Source of the DNA: a virus
Strand: one strand, 5' to 3'
Virus record (IMG/VR): IMGVR_UViG_3300049911_000129
Location: 35,995 to 99,994 of that record
DNA length: 64,000 bases
The translations under genes were made by a program, and so were the position numbers. The notes beneath the pieces were generated by a model. That model did not search any database and was not told where the DNA came from. It saw only the letters and a list, made by a program, of their open reading frames with translations. Position 1 is the first letter of the stretch. Each line of letters opens with the position of its first letter. Shown piece by piece: positions 1 through 9,136 of the stretch.

Positions 1-2
1 AC

Positions 3-314
3 GGCACCGGATCGCACCGGTGGACGCACAATAAGGGGGTCATCCCGAAGAAGATCTCCGTGCAGGTCGCGCAGGACTCGGGCAACGTCGATGCCCTCAA
101 CCGGCCGGTCCCGAAGCTGGGGACCGTCGTCGCGATGACGATGGCGCTGGTACTCAGTCCGGCCGACGGGCAGTGGGCGGGCTGGTACCCGACCGAGTTG
201 ACGGCGACGGACGTCACTATCCGCTACAGCGTGAATATAACGTACGACGAGGGCCTCTCGTGCGGGTGGATGACGGACGGCAACTCCCTGTTGCGCGTGA
301 TCATCGAGGGTTAG
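3..314 (+). CDS. 5'-truncated hypothetical protein, possibly tail-associated
   Basis: Frame of ORF 60..314 is open back to the window start (GTGSHRWTHNKGVIPKKISVQ...); lies directly before the lysin-like gene. Confidence 0.55.
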   Translation, partial: GTGSHRWTHNKGVIPKKISVQVAQDSGNVDALNRPVPKLGTVVAMTMALVLSPADGQWAGWYPTELTATDVTIRYSVNITYDEGLSCGWMTDGNSLLRVIIEG

Positions 315-318
315 GGCC

Positions 319-2892
319 ATGCCCGCCGTACCGGTGCTCAGGGACAGGGTCACGCCGGGCAAGTACGCGCTGGTGCGGACCGCGCTGTCGGCATCCGCCG
401 CCGACTATGCCGGGCGGGCGCAGGCATGCGGGCTCACCGGCCTAGTGTTCAAGCTGAACGACAAGGATAGGCCGATGTCCGAGTGGCTCCCGGACCCGGC
501 CGGCGAGGACTGGCAGAGGCTGCAGTACATGCTGGGGCCGGCCGGAGGGCTAGATGACCTGATCGGCTACGGCCTGAAGGTCGGCGTCGTGTTCGACGCC
601 GGCAGGGGCGCCTACGAGGTCCCGACGGCGGAGGGCTCGAGCTGGGCCGGCATCATGAGGCTGCTCGACCCCTTGGGGACGAAGATCGACTTCTACATGG
701 CCGACATCACCATCGAGCCACGATGGGCGGTTGCTTCGAACGTACAGGCGTACTTCTCCCCCTGGGTCGGTACTCACGCTACGCCGGCGCGCGCGCTTTC
801 GGCGCTGATAACCTCGTCCCGTGTTGCGCAGGCGGGTCGTTTGCGGCCGATCTACCTCATAACCCCGGCTGAGCCGCTGGCTGACTGGTTGGGGCTCTAT
901 AACAACCTGACGTCGGGTCATGACGGCTTCGGCGTACTGGCGTCGACGGATAATGTCTTCTGCAATGCGGTCCTCAACCTAGCGCATCGCGTCGACCCGG
1001 CCAACGGGACATCTGACATCTCGACGGCCTGGCTTTGGCATCAGACCGTCTATGGGACCCAGACCATGGTCCGGGGAGAGTTCGTCTTCGACCTCCGCAC
1101 GACGTCCGCCGATGCGGAGACGCTCAAGGGCATGGTCCAGTACGTGGTGGACGGCTTCGACGTCACTACGTCGGACCTGGGCGCCGGATGCGATTGTACG
1201 TGGCATCCGACGGCGGGCCTGGTCATGTTCGACGATCTCGACGCGATAGAGTCCAAGGGCCTCTACACGGCCGTCGGGGAGGCGATCACCCCGACCGACT
1301 TCTGGGACCTGGACATCTACGAGGGCGGACCGTGCCTCCTGGGTCCAGTGGGCGAACTGGTCTGGTGGTCGCTCGGGCAGGTCCCGGCGCTGGTCGCCGG
1401 CCAGCCGTGGGAGATGCGCCTGGCGGTCGAGAGCTGGCGACTCGGCAGACTACCCAACTGGATCTTCCTGTATGGTCTGCGCCCGTGCGCATCATACGAG
1501 GACCCCAGCTTTCCGTGGTTCTACCCAGGCTGGATTAGCGTCGGATCTTCGTTGATCCTGTTGAATGCCGGCGCGGGCTTCAGCACGCGTGTCGAGGACG
1601 AGCTCGAGGACTACGTCGACCCAGCCACGGGGCTGTCGCACAAGGTCTTCCGCCTGAGTGGGACGCCCAGCGCGGCCGACGCCGACGCTTACACTTTGCA
1701 GCTCACCTTCTATGGTGGGTTCTTGGCCATGAACGAGTGCGGAAGATTCCTACTGGTCGTTACGCCGGCGTCGACCATACTCCCGTCCATCGGATCGGGG
1801 GGCGCTGCATCGGATATGCTGCACCCGATACTGCCGTCCATGGGTGCGCTCGTCTCGCCCTGCATGCCGATACCGACCGGCCCGGGACCGGGACCAGTTA
1901 CACCACCGGGCCCCGGTGGCGTCGGGGACTGCGGGCAGACGACTACGCTCAGCTGCCCGGATGGGACATACGAGGTGTGCAACGCCATACTGAACCTCGT
2001 CTGGGTGGTGGCGGGTCAGACATCTGATTGGGAGGAGATGGCGTTCTACATCGCGGTCATGGTGCGCGAGTCGGCCGGCTACGCGGACGCCGCGGGGGAC
2101 TGCTGCCCCAACCCGGCCCTGAACTGCGCGCTGTGCGCGACGTGCACCCAGAGCGACCACCCGACGACGTGCTGCTGCTCGTTCGGCCTGTTCATGCTCA
2201 ACAGGTGCGGCGGCCAGGGCGCGGGGATGACCTGCGCGCAGCTGCTCGACCCGGCGACCAACGCGAGCGTCGCCATGGCCTCTATGAAGCCGGCTTGGGA
2301 CGCAAACAAGGCGGCCGGGTTGACCGGTATCGCATTGTACAAGGCCGTCGCGGCAGATAGCGGGCACCCAGGCAGTAGCGCCAGCGGCGAGCTGTCGAGG
2401 CAGTGGATCGCCCGCTTCACGCAGTGCCTGGTGGCTATGGGCTCGCTCTCGTTCCCGCTGCCGTCGTTCTGGCTGTCTTGGCCGATGCGGGCGCCGCTTA
2501 CGGCCGACTGCGCGTGGCACATGGCGTCGCCTGAGGCCCTTTCGGCCATCGACATCGGCTGCACCCCGGGCGTCGGGGGAGAGACGATCAAGGCGGCGCA
2601 TGACGGGTATGTGACGTTCGCCGGGCTAGACCCGACGACGGTGGACAACCCGGCCACGGGCTACGGCTACATGGTCGAGATCAGGGACAAGGCGTTCGGC
2701 GAGTACGTTACGAGGTACGGCCACATGAAGGCAGGCTCGCTCATGGTCAGCACCGGCGACGAGGTCGCGCGCGGCGATGGGATCGGGCTTTGCGGAAACA
2801 CAGGGCACTCGACGGGATACCACCTGCACTTCGAGCTGCGGCACAGCGGGGTAACGGTGTGCCCGTGCACATACTTGGAGGGGGGTTGCTAA
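319..2892 (+). CDS. Large peptidoglycan hydrolase: lytic-transglycosylase-like domain plus C-terminal M23 peptidase
   Basis: MVRESAG...SFGLFMLN...LLDPATNA (SLT-like); AIDIG, AAHDGYV, GYGYMVEI, TRYGHM, GNTGHSTGYHLHFELR (M23). Confidence 0.85.
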   Translation: MPAVPVLRDRVTPGKYALVRTALSASAADYAGRAQACGLTGLVFKLNDKDRPMSEWLPDPAGEDWQRLQYMLGPAGGLDDLIGYGLKVGVVFDAGRGAYEVPTAEGSSWAGIMRLLDPLGTKIDFYMADITIEPRWAVASNVQAYFSPWVGTHATPARALSALITSSRVAQAGRLRPIYLITPAEPLADWLGLYNNLTSGHDGFGVLASTDNVFCNAVLNLAHRVDPANGTSDISTAWLWHQTVYGTQTMVRGEFVFDLRTTSADAETLKGMVQYVVDGFDVTTSDLGAGCDCTWHPTAGLVMFDDLDAIESKGLYTAVGEAITPTDFWDLDIYEGGPCLLGPVGELVWWSLGQVPALVAGQPWEMRLAVESWRLGRLPNWIFLYGLRPCASYEDPSFPWFYPGWISVGSSLILLNAGAGFSTRVEDELEDYVDPATGLSHKVFRLSGTPSAADADAYTLQLTFYGGFLAMNECGRFLLVVTPASTILPSIGSGGAASDMLHPILPSMGALVSPCMPIPTGPGPGPVTPPGPGGVGDCGQTTTLSCPDGTYEVCNAILNLVWVVAGQTSDWEEMAFYIAVMVRESAGYADAAGDCCPNPALNCALCATCTQSDHPTTCCCSFGLFMLNRCGGQGAGMTCAQLLDPATNASVAMASMKPAWDANKAAGLTGIALYKAVAADSGHPGSSASGELSRQWIARFTQCLVAMGSLSFPLPSFWLSWPMRAPLTADCAWHMASPEALSAIDIGCTPGVGGETIKAAHDGYVTFAGLDPTTVDNPATGYGYMVEIRDKAFGEYVTRYGHMKAGSLMVSTGDEVARGDGIGLCGNTGHSTGYHLHFELRHSGVTVCPCTYLEGGC

Positions 2893-3269
2893 TGCAGCAC
2901 TACGACGCCTGGATTCAGAACGACTACCCGACGCTGGAGGCCGCGTTCGAGCAGGTGCAGGGCATCATCTGCCGCTCGCTGCTGCTCTGCGCGAGCATCG
3001 GCTGCCGGTGCGTCATGGGCAAGGGCGAGCAGCACTGCAGCGAGGTCTACCACGGCAAGGTTCTCCGGGTCTCGGTCAGCGAGGGCCCGACGTGGCTGGT
3101 CATCGCGTACCTGCTCCGCGAGTCGCTGCACGTGCAGATATACCTGGACAGCCTGCCGGGCCTGGACCAGCGCAAGGAGCTGGAGCGCGCCCTACGTGCC
3201 CTCGGCGGCCTGCTGTACTGGACGCAGGACAGCAAGGCGATAACGATGGAGGAGCGCCTTGGACGCTAG
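2892..3269 (+). CDS. hypothetical protein
   Basis: ATG overlaps upstream TAA; phage-like codon usage. Confidence 0.65.
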   Translation: MQHYDAWIQNDYPTLEAAFEQVQGIICRSLLLCASIGCRCVMGKGEQHCSEVYHGKVLRVSVSEGPTWLVIAYLLRESLHVQIYLDSLPGLDQRKELERALRALGGLLYWTQDSKAITMEERLGR

Positions 3270-3942
3270 CCTGGCACGGCCATTCGACGCCCACGCTGCA
3301 CGGGAGGCGTGGCTTACAGCCGCCTGGAAGCATGGCGACAAGAAGTCGCAGCGCGTCGCCCAGATGTGCTGCTGGAACAATATCGTAGAGGACATGCGTC
3401 GGCTGCCGGAGAAGCAGCGGCTGGCGATGCTCAGGGACTTCTTCTCCGCCTACCCGGCGGGCGGCGAGCAGATCGCGCGCGCCATCGACACCCTCGGGAC
3501 TGCGGAGCTCTTCGTCCCGAACAAGCCGCTCGCGAGCGTGGCCGGGCCGATCACGGCGTGGGCCGAGAAGCAGGGCATGGAGCTGGAGGGGGTCGACGTG
3601 GTGCCGTGGGGGCCACCGAGGGTGCTCGGTGGGGCATGGCAGGCGCGGCACGTGCAGGCGCGACAGTCGATGGGCGCCCAGGCCGAGGGCAACACATACC
3701 TTCAGCGGCTCGATGACATCCTCACGGCTGTGGTCGCCCTGCAGCGCGCGGCCATGGACAGGGTTGGCCGGCTGGCGCTTCAGGACGTGAGGCTCATAGC
3801 GCAGCGTGCGCTGTGGGACATGGCGGTCGAGGAGGACTCCGGCTGGGGGAACCTCCTGGACGTGGTGTTCATGGGGTTCTGGCCGTGCGGGGTCACACCG
3901 GAGAACGTGTTCGTAGTGGCGCACAGGCCGGCGCAGGAGTAG
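3259..3942 (+). CDS. hypothetical protein (C-terminus similar to next gene)
   Basis: 227 aa ORF with GGAG RBS. Confidence 0.7.
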   Translation: MDASLARPFDAHAAREAWLTAAWKHGDKKSQRVAQMCCWNNIVEDMRRLPEKQRLAMLRDFFSAYPAGGEQIARAIDTLGTAELFVPNKPLASVAGPITAWAEKQGMELEGVDVVPWGPPRVLGGAWQARHVQARQSMGAQAEGNTYLQRLDDILTAVVALQRAAMDRVGRLALQDVRLIAQRALWDMAVEEDSGWGNLLDVVFMGFWPCGVTPENVFVVAHRPAQE

Positions 3943-3951
3943 GGGGGCGGG

Positions 3952-4674
3952 ATGGCATTCGAGGTCGAGAGGGGACACCTGATCTCCGTGGCGCGGGACC
4001 TGGGAGTGGAGCTGCGCCTGTCCAGCCTGCAGGTCTGGACGCAGACGTGCTTCGCTCAGATCCTCAAGGAGACCGAGACGTATCCGGACGGGACCATGCG
4101 GAACGTCCTTTGGAAGTGGCTCGAGGCGGTGAGCCGGGACGAGGGGATAGGCGAGTGGCCGGCGCGCGCGACCGCGCAGGCGTTCTGGAGGGTGTGGTCG
4201 GCCAGGATGTTCTACCCGGTCGAGTCGCCGCTCAAGGCATGCTCTGCGGCCGTGAGGGAGCACCTCAAGCGCATGGCGGAGACGTCGCCGATCCCGCAGT
4301 CGGCCATCGAGCAGGAGCCGATCGGCGGGCGCGTGGCGTGGACGTCGCTCGACAGGTGGTTCGAGAAGCCGCTCAACCCGGTGTGGCGCGCCAAGTACGA
4401 CGACGCGAACAGGCAGCTGAGGGAGCACTCCGACGACCGGTATGACATGCTGCGGCAGCTGGCGTTCGGGCACCTACAGAACGTCTCGGAGCCGGCGCAC
4501 GCGTCGGCGTACAAGTGGCTGAGGCCGGTGTGGGTCATGGGGCTGTGGGAGGCGTGGGACGAGGCCCCCGCGGTGTGGCTCCCGCTGCTCAGCATCATCG
4601 AGCGGGGGTACCTACCGGTCGGACTGTCGGCGGACGGGCGGTCGTTCCTGGTCGCGTCGCAGGTGCTGCCGTGA
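3952..4674 (+). CDS. hypothetical protein
   Basis: 240 aa ORF in tandem with previous gene. Confidence 0.7.
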   Translation: MAFEVERGHLISVARDLGVELRLSSLQVWTQTCFAQILKETETYPDGTMRNVLWKWLEAVSRDEGIGEWPARATAQAFWRVWSARMFYPVESPLKACSAAVREHLKRMAETSPIPQSAIEQEPIGGRVAWTSLDRWFEKPLNPVWRAKYDDANRQLREHSDDRYDMLRQLAFGHLQNVSEPAHASAYKWLRPVWVMGLWEAWDEAPAVWLPLLSIIERGYLPVGLSADGRSFLVASQVLP

Positions 4675-4901
4675 CGGCCCCGCGGTACCGGTACAGGATC
4701 ATCTCGTTCGACAATGAGCGGATGCGAATCGAGAAGTTCGAGGACTCGTCGGTGCGCGACAGGCGCGCGGCGGCACTCGCGGCCGAGGGTAAGGCGGTCC
4801 TGGTGTGCGAGGTCCTGGACGTGATAGGCGGCGGCGACGAGGGAGCTCCGGGCCCTCTTCCGGGTCCTCTTCCGAGGCGCCAGATACGGCATCGGCGATA
4901 A
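4671..4901 (+). CDS. hypothetical protein
   Basis: GTGA start/stop overlap; VTAPRYRYRIISFD... Confidence 0.55.
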   Translation: MTAPRYRYRIISFDNERMRIEKFEDSSVRDRRAAALAAEGKAVLVCEVLDVIGGGDEGAPGPLPGPLPRRQIRHRR

Positions 4902-4942
4902 TTCTGCGATCTTTTTGTGCTTTCGGCCGTTCGGGCTGCTCT

Positions 4943-4972
4943 CGTTTGACCCGTTCGGCCGATTATTATAAT
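4943..4972 (+). promoter_or_regulatory. putative early promoter (CGTTT...TATTATAAT)
   Basis: AT-rich -10-like box in an intergenic gap; same GTTT-N15/16-TATWRT spacing at 5176, 7591 and 7645. Confidence 0.6.
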
Positions 4973-5012
4973 GAAGGGCCGGACATGACGGCCACGGTCG
5001 AGAGGTGAGGAT

Positions 5013-5174
5013 ATGGTGCACATCTACGAGACAGGCAGGCACTACGGCAAGAGCAGGCGCGAGAGCGCGCGGCAGGCACTCAGGGGCGAGGCGTCCCTGT
5101 TCTGGGGCCGCGACGAGCGGCTCGCCTTCCTGGCCGGTTACGGTCGCGGGAGGCAGGAGCGGTCGGCGTCGTAG
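5013..5174 (+). CDS. small hypothetical protein
   Basis: GAGG RBS, ATG; 53 aa MVHIYETGRHYGK... Confidence 0.5.
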   Translation: MVHIYETGRHYGKSRRESARQALRGEASLFWGRDERLAFLAGYGRGRQERSAS

Positions 5175-5200
5175 CGTTTCGAGCCTTCGTGCGTTATAGT
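5175..5200 (+). promoter_or_regulatory. putative early promoter
   Basis: CGTTT-N15-TATAGT. Confidence 0.55.
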
Positions 5201-5249
5201 ATGTAGAGGGCCGCCGATGGCGGTCGCGGTTACGGAAGGGACAAGGCAG

Positions 5250-5594
5250 ATGGCAGACAACGGGCTGTTCGGATATAAGAATGAAGGCGAGCTGCATGCG
5301 GCGTTCGACGCGCGCAAGGCGAGGCGCCTCGGGAAGATGGGCAGGACTGTGGTGATTGACCGCGAGTCGGCGAAGGCCGCGCGGGTGGACGGTCTGCATC
5401 CGGACCGCAAGCCGCTTACGGATACGGAGCTTGTCGGCTTCGACTTGAGCGACCTGAACAACACCACGGAGTTCTGGTGCACATGCGACGACGGGGGACT
5501 CGAGCCGCGTTACGTCCCCGACGGCGAGCACACGCACTGCGGCAAGCACCACTGGGACTGCGCCCGCTGCGGCAGGGTGGTCCAGGTAGGCTAG
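5250..5594 (+). CDS. hypothetical protein with C-terminal Cys/His Zn-binding motif
   Basis: WCTC...HCGKHHWDCARCG. Confidence 0.7.
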   Translation: MADNGLFGYKNEGELHAAFDARKARRLGKMGRTVVIDRESAKAARVDGLHPDRKPLTDTELVGFDLSDLNNTTEFWCTCDDGGLEPRYVPDGEHTHCGKHHWDCARCGRVVQVG

Positions 5595-5617
5595 ACGGTT
5601 ATTGAGGAGGCACGGTC

Positions 5618-5860
5618 ATGAAGGCACCAACCATCATTGGCAAGAGAATCACGGCACTCCGCCCCATGACCCCGCAGGAGCAGTCTTCGTGGGGTTGGTA
5701 TGGGGACCCGACGGCAGTCGTCATCGAGCTCGAGGGCGGACTACGGTTCGTCCCGCTGCGTGACGAGGAAGGCAATGGTCCGGGGGCGCTCCTCCTTGAG
5801 GACGACCGCGGCAATGACTACGCCTGCTTCGAGAAGGACGGCAAGGTGCAGATTGCGTAG
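5618..5860 (+). CDS. hypothetical phage protein
   Basis: GAGGAGG RBS; RDEEGNGPGAL motif. Confidence 0.7.
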   Translation: MKAPTIIGKRITALRPMTPQEQSSWGWYGDPTAVVIELEGGLRFVPLRDEEGNGPGALLLEDDRGNDYACFEKDGKVQIA

Positions 5861-5926
5861 GACCAGGGGGCTTCCGCCCCTTGACACGGTGACCGGGCTT
5901 CGGCCGCCGGGTGAATGGGCAGAAGG
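5861..5926 (+). promoter_or_regulatory. conserved intergenic hairpin, copy A
   Basis: CTTCCGCCC...GGGCAGAAG stem with apical TTCG loop, directly before RBS. Confidence 0.65.
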
Positions 5927-5945
5927 TATCTGAGGAGGTACAAGA

Positions 5946-6983
5946 ATGGCACACAAGGTCGAATCGGCAGCGTACGCTGACGAACCGGCGTGGCACGGTC
6001 TAGGCACGGTAGTCAAGGGCGCGATGTCCTCAGCTGAGGTATGCGCGCTGTCTGGCACCGACTGGACGGTGGGCATCCGGAAGGCGTACACAAGGGGATT
6101 GGGCGGCAGGTTCGTCGAGATGCCCGGGCGCTTCGCGGTCGTTCGTGAGACCGATGGCGCGGTCCTCGGCAACGTCGGGCGCGCGTACCGACCCATCCAG
6201 AACGCGGATGGCATCAGCTTCCTGGACCACCTGGTGGCGACCGAGGAGCTCGGCTACGAGGCGGCTGGTTCGCTCCGCGGCGGTCAGACGTTCTGGGCGC
6301 TGTGCCGGGTCCCAGAGGACATGATCATCGGCAAGCGCGGCGACGTCAGCAAGAGGTTCATCCTCTTCACGACGACGCACGACGGGCTGTCGGCGGCCAG
6401 GGCCATCCCGACGAGTGAGCGGGTCGTCTGCTGGAACACCCTGCAGGCTGCGCTCTGGCACGGCGAGAAGGAGCTCACGGTCCACATCCCCCACACTGGC
6501 GACATCAACCGCAAGATCGCGGTCGCCCGCCAGATCATGGGGATCAGCGTCGACACGTTCAAGCTCTACGGCATCGCCATGAACCAGCTCGCCGACACGG
6601 ACGGGCTGCCGATGATCGAGCCGCTGCTGAACGCCCTCTTCCCCCAGAAGGAAGACCTGCCAGGCGAGGAGAACACGCGCCGGCAGGAGAAGGTCGACGC
6701 CATCGTCAGCCTCTACAAGAGCGACGGCGAGGAGTCGGCCTGGGGGCTGCTGAACGCGGTCACCGCCTGGGTCGACCACAAGTACGTCCCGACGGCTACC
6801 AAGGACGGGTTCCACCGTCCGAAGATCGACGGGCAGTTCCTCTCCACGCTCGCGGGCGCCGGCGCGGACATCAAGTCGCAGGCGGCGAGCATGCTGCTTA
6901 CGACGGCCGGCATCTACGAGAGGATGCAGTCCGACCTCGACGCCCTCAAGGTGCGGGCGGTCAGCATCAGGCAGGGGGGCTAA
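5946..6983 (+). CDS. DUF932 family phage/plasmid protein
   Basis: AWHGLGTVV, YRPIQN, AGSLRGG, THDG, RVVCWNTL, HTG motifs. Confidence 0.85.
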   Translation: MAHKVESAAYADEPAWHGLGTVVKGAMSSAEVCALSGTDWTVGIRKAYTRGLGGRFVEMPGRFAVVRETDGAVLGNVGRAYRPIQNADGISFLDHLVATEELGYEAAGSLRGGQTFWALCRVPEDMIIGKRGDVSKRFILFTTTHDGLSAARAIPTSERVVCWNTLQAALWHGEKELTVHIPHTGDINRKIAVARQIMGISVDTFKLYGIAMNQLADTDGLPMIEPLLNALFPQKEDLPGEENTRRQEKVDAIVSLYKSDGEESAWGLLNAVTAWVDHKYVPTATKDGFHRPKIDGQFLSTLAGAGADIKSQAASMLLTTAGIYERMQSDLDALKVRAVSIRQGG

Positions 6984-7000
6984 TTGAGACACAACGGAGC

Positions 7001-7057
7001 GGGCTTACTGCCCCTCCGCGTGCCCACCGCCTGGTGGGCGCACGATAGGGCAGAAGG
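7001..7057 (+). promoter_or_regulatory. conserved intergenic hairpin, copy C
   Basis: GGGCTTACTGCCCCT...GGGCAGAAGG with different but paired inner stem. Confidence 0.6.
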
Positions 7058-7072
7058 CAGAGGAGACAGCAG

Positions 7073-7582
7073 ATGGCTAGGGCAACGAGACGGGAGTTCA
7101 CGGTAGGGCAGGAGGTCATGGTGTGCAATGGGCGGCCGTCGCGCTACTCGCCTCAGGGCTACTGGCAGTTCGCGGTGGTCGCGGAGCCGGACGTCTTCGA
7201 GGGTCGACGCAGCTTCTACGGCAGCCGTGCCAAGCGCCACTACGTCAGGGTCCAGTACGTCAACCACGACGGGACGGTGGAGTCCTGGGTTCACGGCGTC
7301 CTCAACGCCAGGAACGCGATCCTCAGCATGGAGGACTACGAACCGATCAAGGCGGCCCGGCTGGCCAGGGAGCAGAGGGAGCGCGAGCAGCCGGCGCGCG
7401 AGGCGGCCGAGAGGATGCGCGAGTGCGGGTTCTACGCCCGCGAGATCATCGGGTGCGTCCAGGACTACAAGCCGGACGGAGGCCCAGGCTTGGTCGAGGT
7501 GATCACCCAGTACCTCGTCGAGACGTTCGAGAAGACGAAATGGGACGCTGACGCGCGGAGCCGGTACATCGCGACTAGGTAG
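7073..7582 (+). CDS. hypothetical protein
   Basis: AGGAG RBS, 169 aa. Confidence 0.7.
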   Translation: MARATRREFTVGQEVMVCNGRPSRYSPQGYWQFAVVAEPDVFEGRRSFYGSRAKRHYVRVQYVNHDGTVESWVHGVLNARNAILSMEDYEPIKAARLAREQREREQPAREAAERMRECGFYAREIIGCVQDYKPDGGPGLVEVITQYLVETFEKTKWDADARSRYIATR

Positions 7583-7589
7583 GCCGTAG

Positions 7590-7670
7590 CGTTTGGCTAG
7601 TTCGCGCATTATTATATGTGAACGGCCTGTCATGAGGCGTTCGTGTTTCGGCGGATGTGCCGATTATAAT
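7590..7670 (+). promoter_or_regulatory. two tandem putative early promoters
   Basis: GTTT(7591)-TATTAT(7610) and GTTT(7645)-TATAAT(7665). Confidence 0.6.
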
Positions 7671-7728
7671 AGTGAAGGCACACGGACTTTAACAATCGTA
7701 TAGGTGCCCTAGCAGAAAGGAACTGGTC

Positions 7729-8037
7729 ATGGCAAATGGTTGGGACACAGTCAAGTTCGACAAGGACGGCACGATCAAGCTAGAGGAGCGCGGGACGGCC
7801 ACAGTCGAGGAGCTCAGGCGTCTGGACGCGGACGACGTCGAGTTTTACGTCGACCGCTTGGTGGACATAAAGCGGGCCCGGGAGCTCGGGGTTCTGGACC
7901 TCATCCGGTGCGCGACGTGCATTCGGCGACTGAGCGCGTATGGCGACGAGCCCGTATGCCTGTGTGAGACGTCGTCTGACGACGAGACGCCAGAAGATCG
8001 CAACCTCACTGAGCTGGCGCACATCCAGCACGGCTAG
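7729..8037 (+). CDS. hypothetical protein
   Basis: AAAGGA RBS; CxxC...CxC. Confidence 0.7.
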   Translation: MANGWDTVKFDKDGTIKLEERGTATVEELRRLDADDVEFYVDRLVDIKRARELGVLDLIRCATCIRRLSAYGDEPVCLCETSSDDETPEDRNLTELAHIQHG

Positions 8038-8040
8038 CGG

Positions 8041-8105
8041 AACCAAGGGGCTTCTGCCCCTTGACCCGGCGACCGGCTTCGGCCGTCGGATGAACGGGCA
8101 GAAGG
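8041..8105 (+). promoter_or_regulatory. conserved intergenic hairpin, copy B
   Basis: CTTCTGCCC/GGGCAGAAG perfect stem, inner GGC-TTCG-GCC hairpin. Confidence 0.65.
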
Positions 8106-8125
8106 TAGCGAAGGAGACGACGATT

Positions 8126-8278
8126 ATGGTTGACCCGAATGCGGTGCCGGTATGGCTGAGGCAGCTGCGCGAGGAGCAGAACGCGAAGCTGGAGGCCAGG
8201 ATACCGCCAGAGAAGCGCGGGAGATTCCGCCTGGTCATGGCGGTCCTCCAGGCGCTGGACGAGCAGCAGAGGAGCTAG
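8126..8278 (+). CDS. small hypothetical protein
   Basis: AAGGAG RBS, ATG. Confidence 0.6.
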   Translation: MVDPNAVPVWLRQLREEQNAKLEARIPPEKRGRFRLVMAVLQALDEQQRS

Positions 8279-8280
8279 AC

Positions 8281-8679
8281 ATGGGCGACGAGGACGGCAA
8301 GGCAGAGGAGCAGGCGGTAGGGACGGCCGACGTCGGGCTCGCCAACGGGCGGTGCCCGTTCAGGGGCATAGTGCTAGGCGGAGGCGGCGACGCCCACACG
8401 TTCATGGTCGACGAGCGGTGCCCACCTGGCATCCCGGCCATGAGGGTTCGGGTGTATCTCGACAAGAACAAGCCGGACGAGGAGGTCCCCGGCGCGATGT
8501 TGGTGCCGGTACTGCGCGAGGGCACGCCGTGCTACGAGTGCATGGATACGCTTAGGCGCGAGGAGGAGGCGGGGTTCGGCAAGAGCAGGCACAAGATCAG
8601 CGACTTCAAGCCGGCGAGGCGGCGGGCATCCGGGCGGCGCAAGCCGCGGAGGAAGTATGGCTGGCAAGCGAGCCGATAA
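8281..8679 (+). CDS. hypothetical protein
   Basis: GGAG RBS, basic C-terminus. Confidence 0.6.
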   Translation: MGDEDGKAEEQAVGTADVGLANGRCPFRGIVLGGGGDAHTFMVDERCPPGIPAMRVRVYLDKNKPDEEVPGAMLVPVLREGTPCYECMDTLRREEEAGFGKSRHKISDFKPARRRASGRRKPRRKYGWQASR

Positions 8680-8926
8680 GTCGAAGGTCTTCGGGACCTT
8701 CATGGTCAACCCGACGACGCAGCTCCGGGTCTCGACGCAGACGAACCCGAAGACCGGGGTGCGTTCGGTCAGCATCAGGAAGTATTGGCTTCCGGCCAGC
8801 GGGGACCGGTTCCTGCCGACGAGGATAGGGGTCGAGATCTACCGCGAGCACGCGACGGGCGTGCTGGACGCCATCGTCGAGGCCGTCAGGGACCTGATGG
8901 CGGCGCCAGTCAAGGGAGGCATATGA
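8657..8926 (+). CDS. PC4/YdbC-like ssDNA-binding protein
   Basis: LRVS...VSIRKYW...FLPTRIGVEI pattern typical of PC4 fold. Confidence 0.7.
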   Translation: MAGKRADKSKVFGTFMVNPTTQLRVSTQTNPKTGVRSVSIRKYWLPASGDRFLPTRIGVEIYREHATGVLDAIVEAVRDLMAAPVKGGI

Positions 8927-9120
8927 TGAGCAAGTGCGCATGCGGCGGGAACATGGTCAAGGTCTGGGACACGGAGCAGGACCTGCCGAGGGTGAAGTGC
9001 GACAACCCAATGCACAGCCCGGCGCGCCGCTGGGAGGGTGAGGACGATCCCCTGATCCAGCTGCTGAAGACCCCGGGCGCGTTCGTCATGGACATGACAG
9101 ATCCGGAAGGGATCCGATAG
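8923..9120 (+). CDS. small Zn-ribbon protein
   Basis: CACGGNM...KCDNPMH. Confidence 0.55.
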   Translation: MMSKCACGGNMVKVWDTEQDLPRVKCDNPMHSPARRWEGEDDPLIQLLKTPGAFVMDMTDPEGIR

Positions 9121-9136
9121 CGAAAGGAGAATCGCC

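Noticed and set aside
5881-5886. TTGAC within the repeated hairpins as -35 boxes
   Set aside because: No -10 hexamer at suitable spacing, and copy C lacks it
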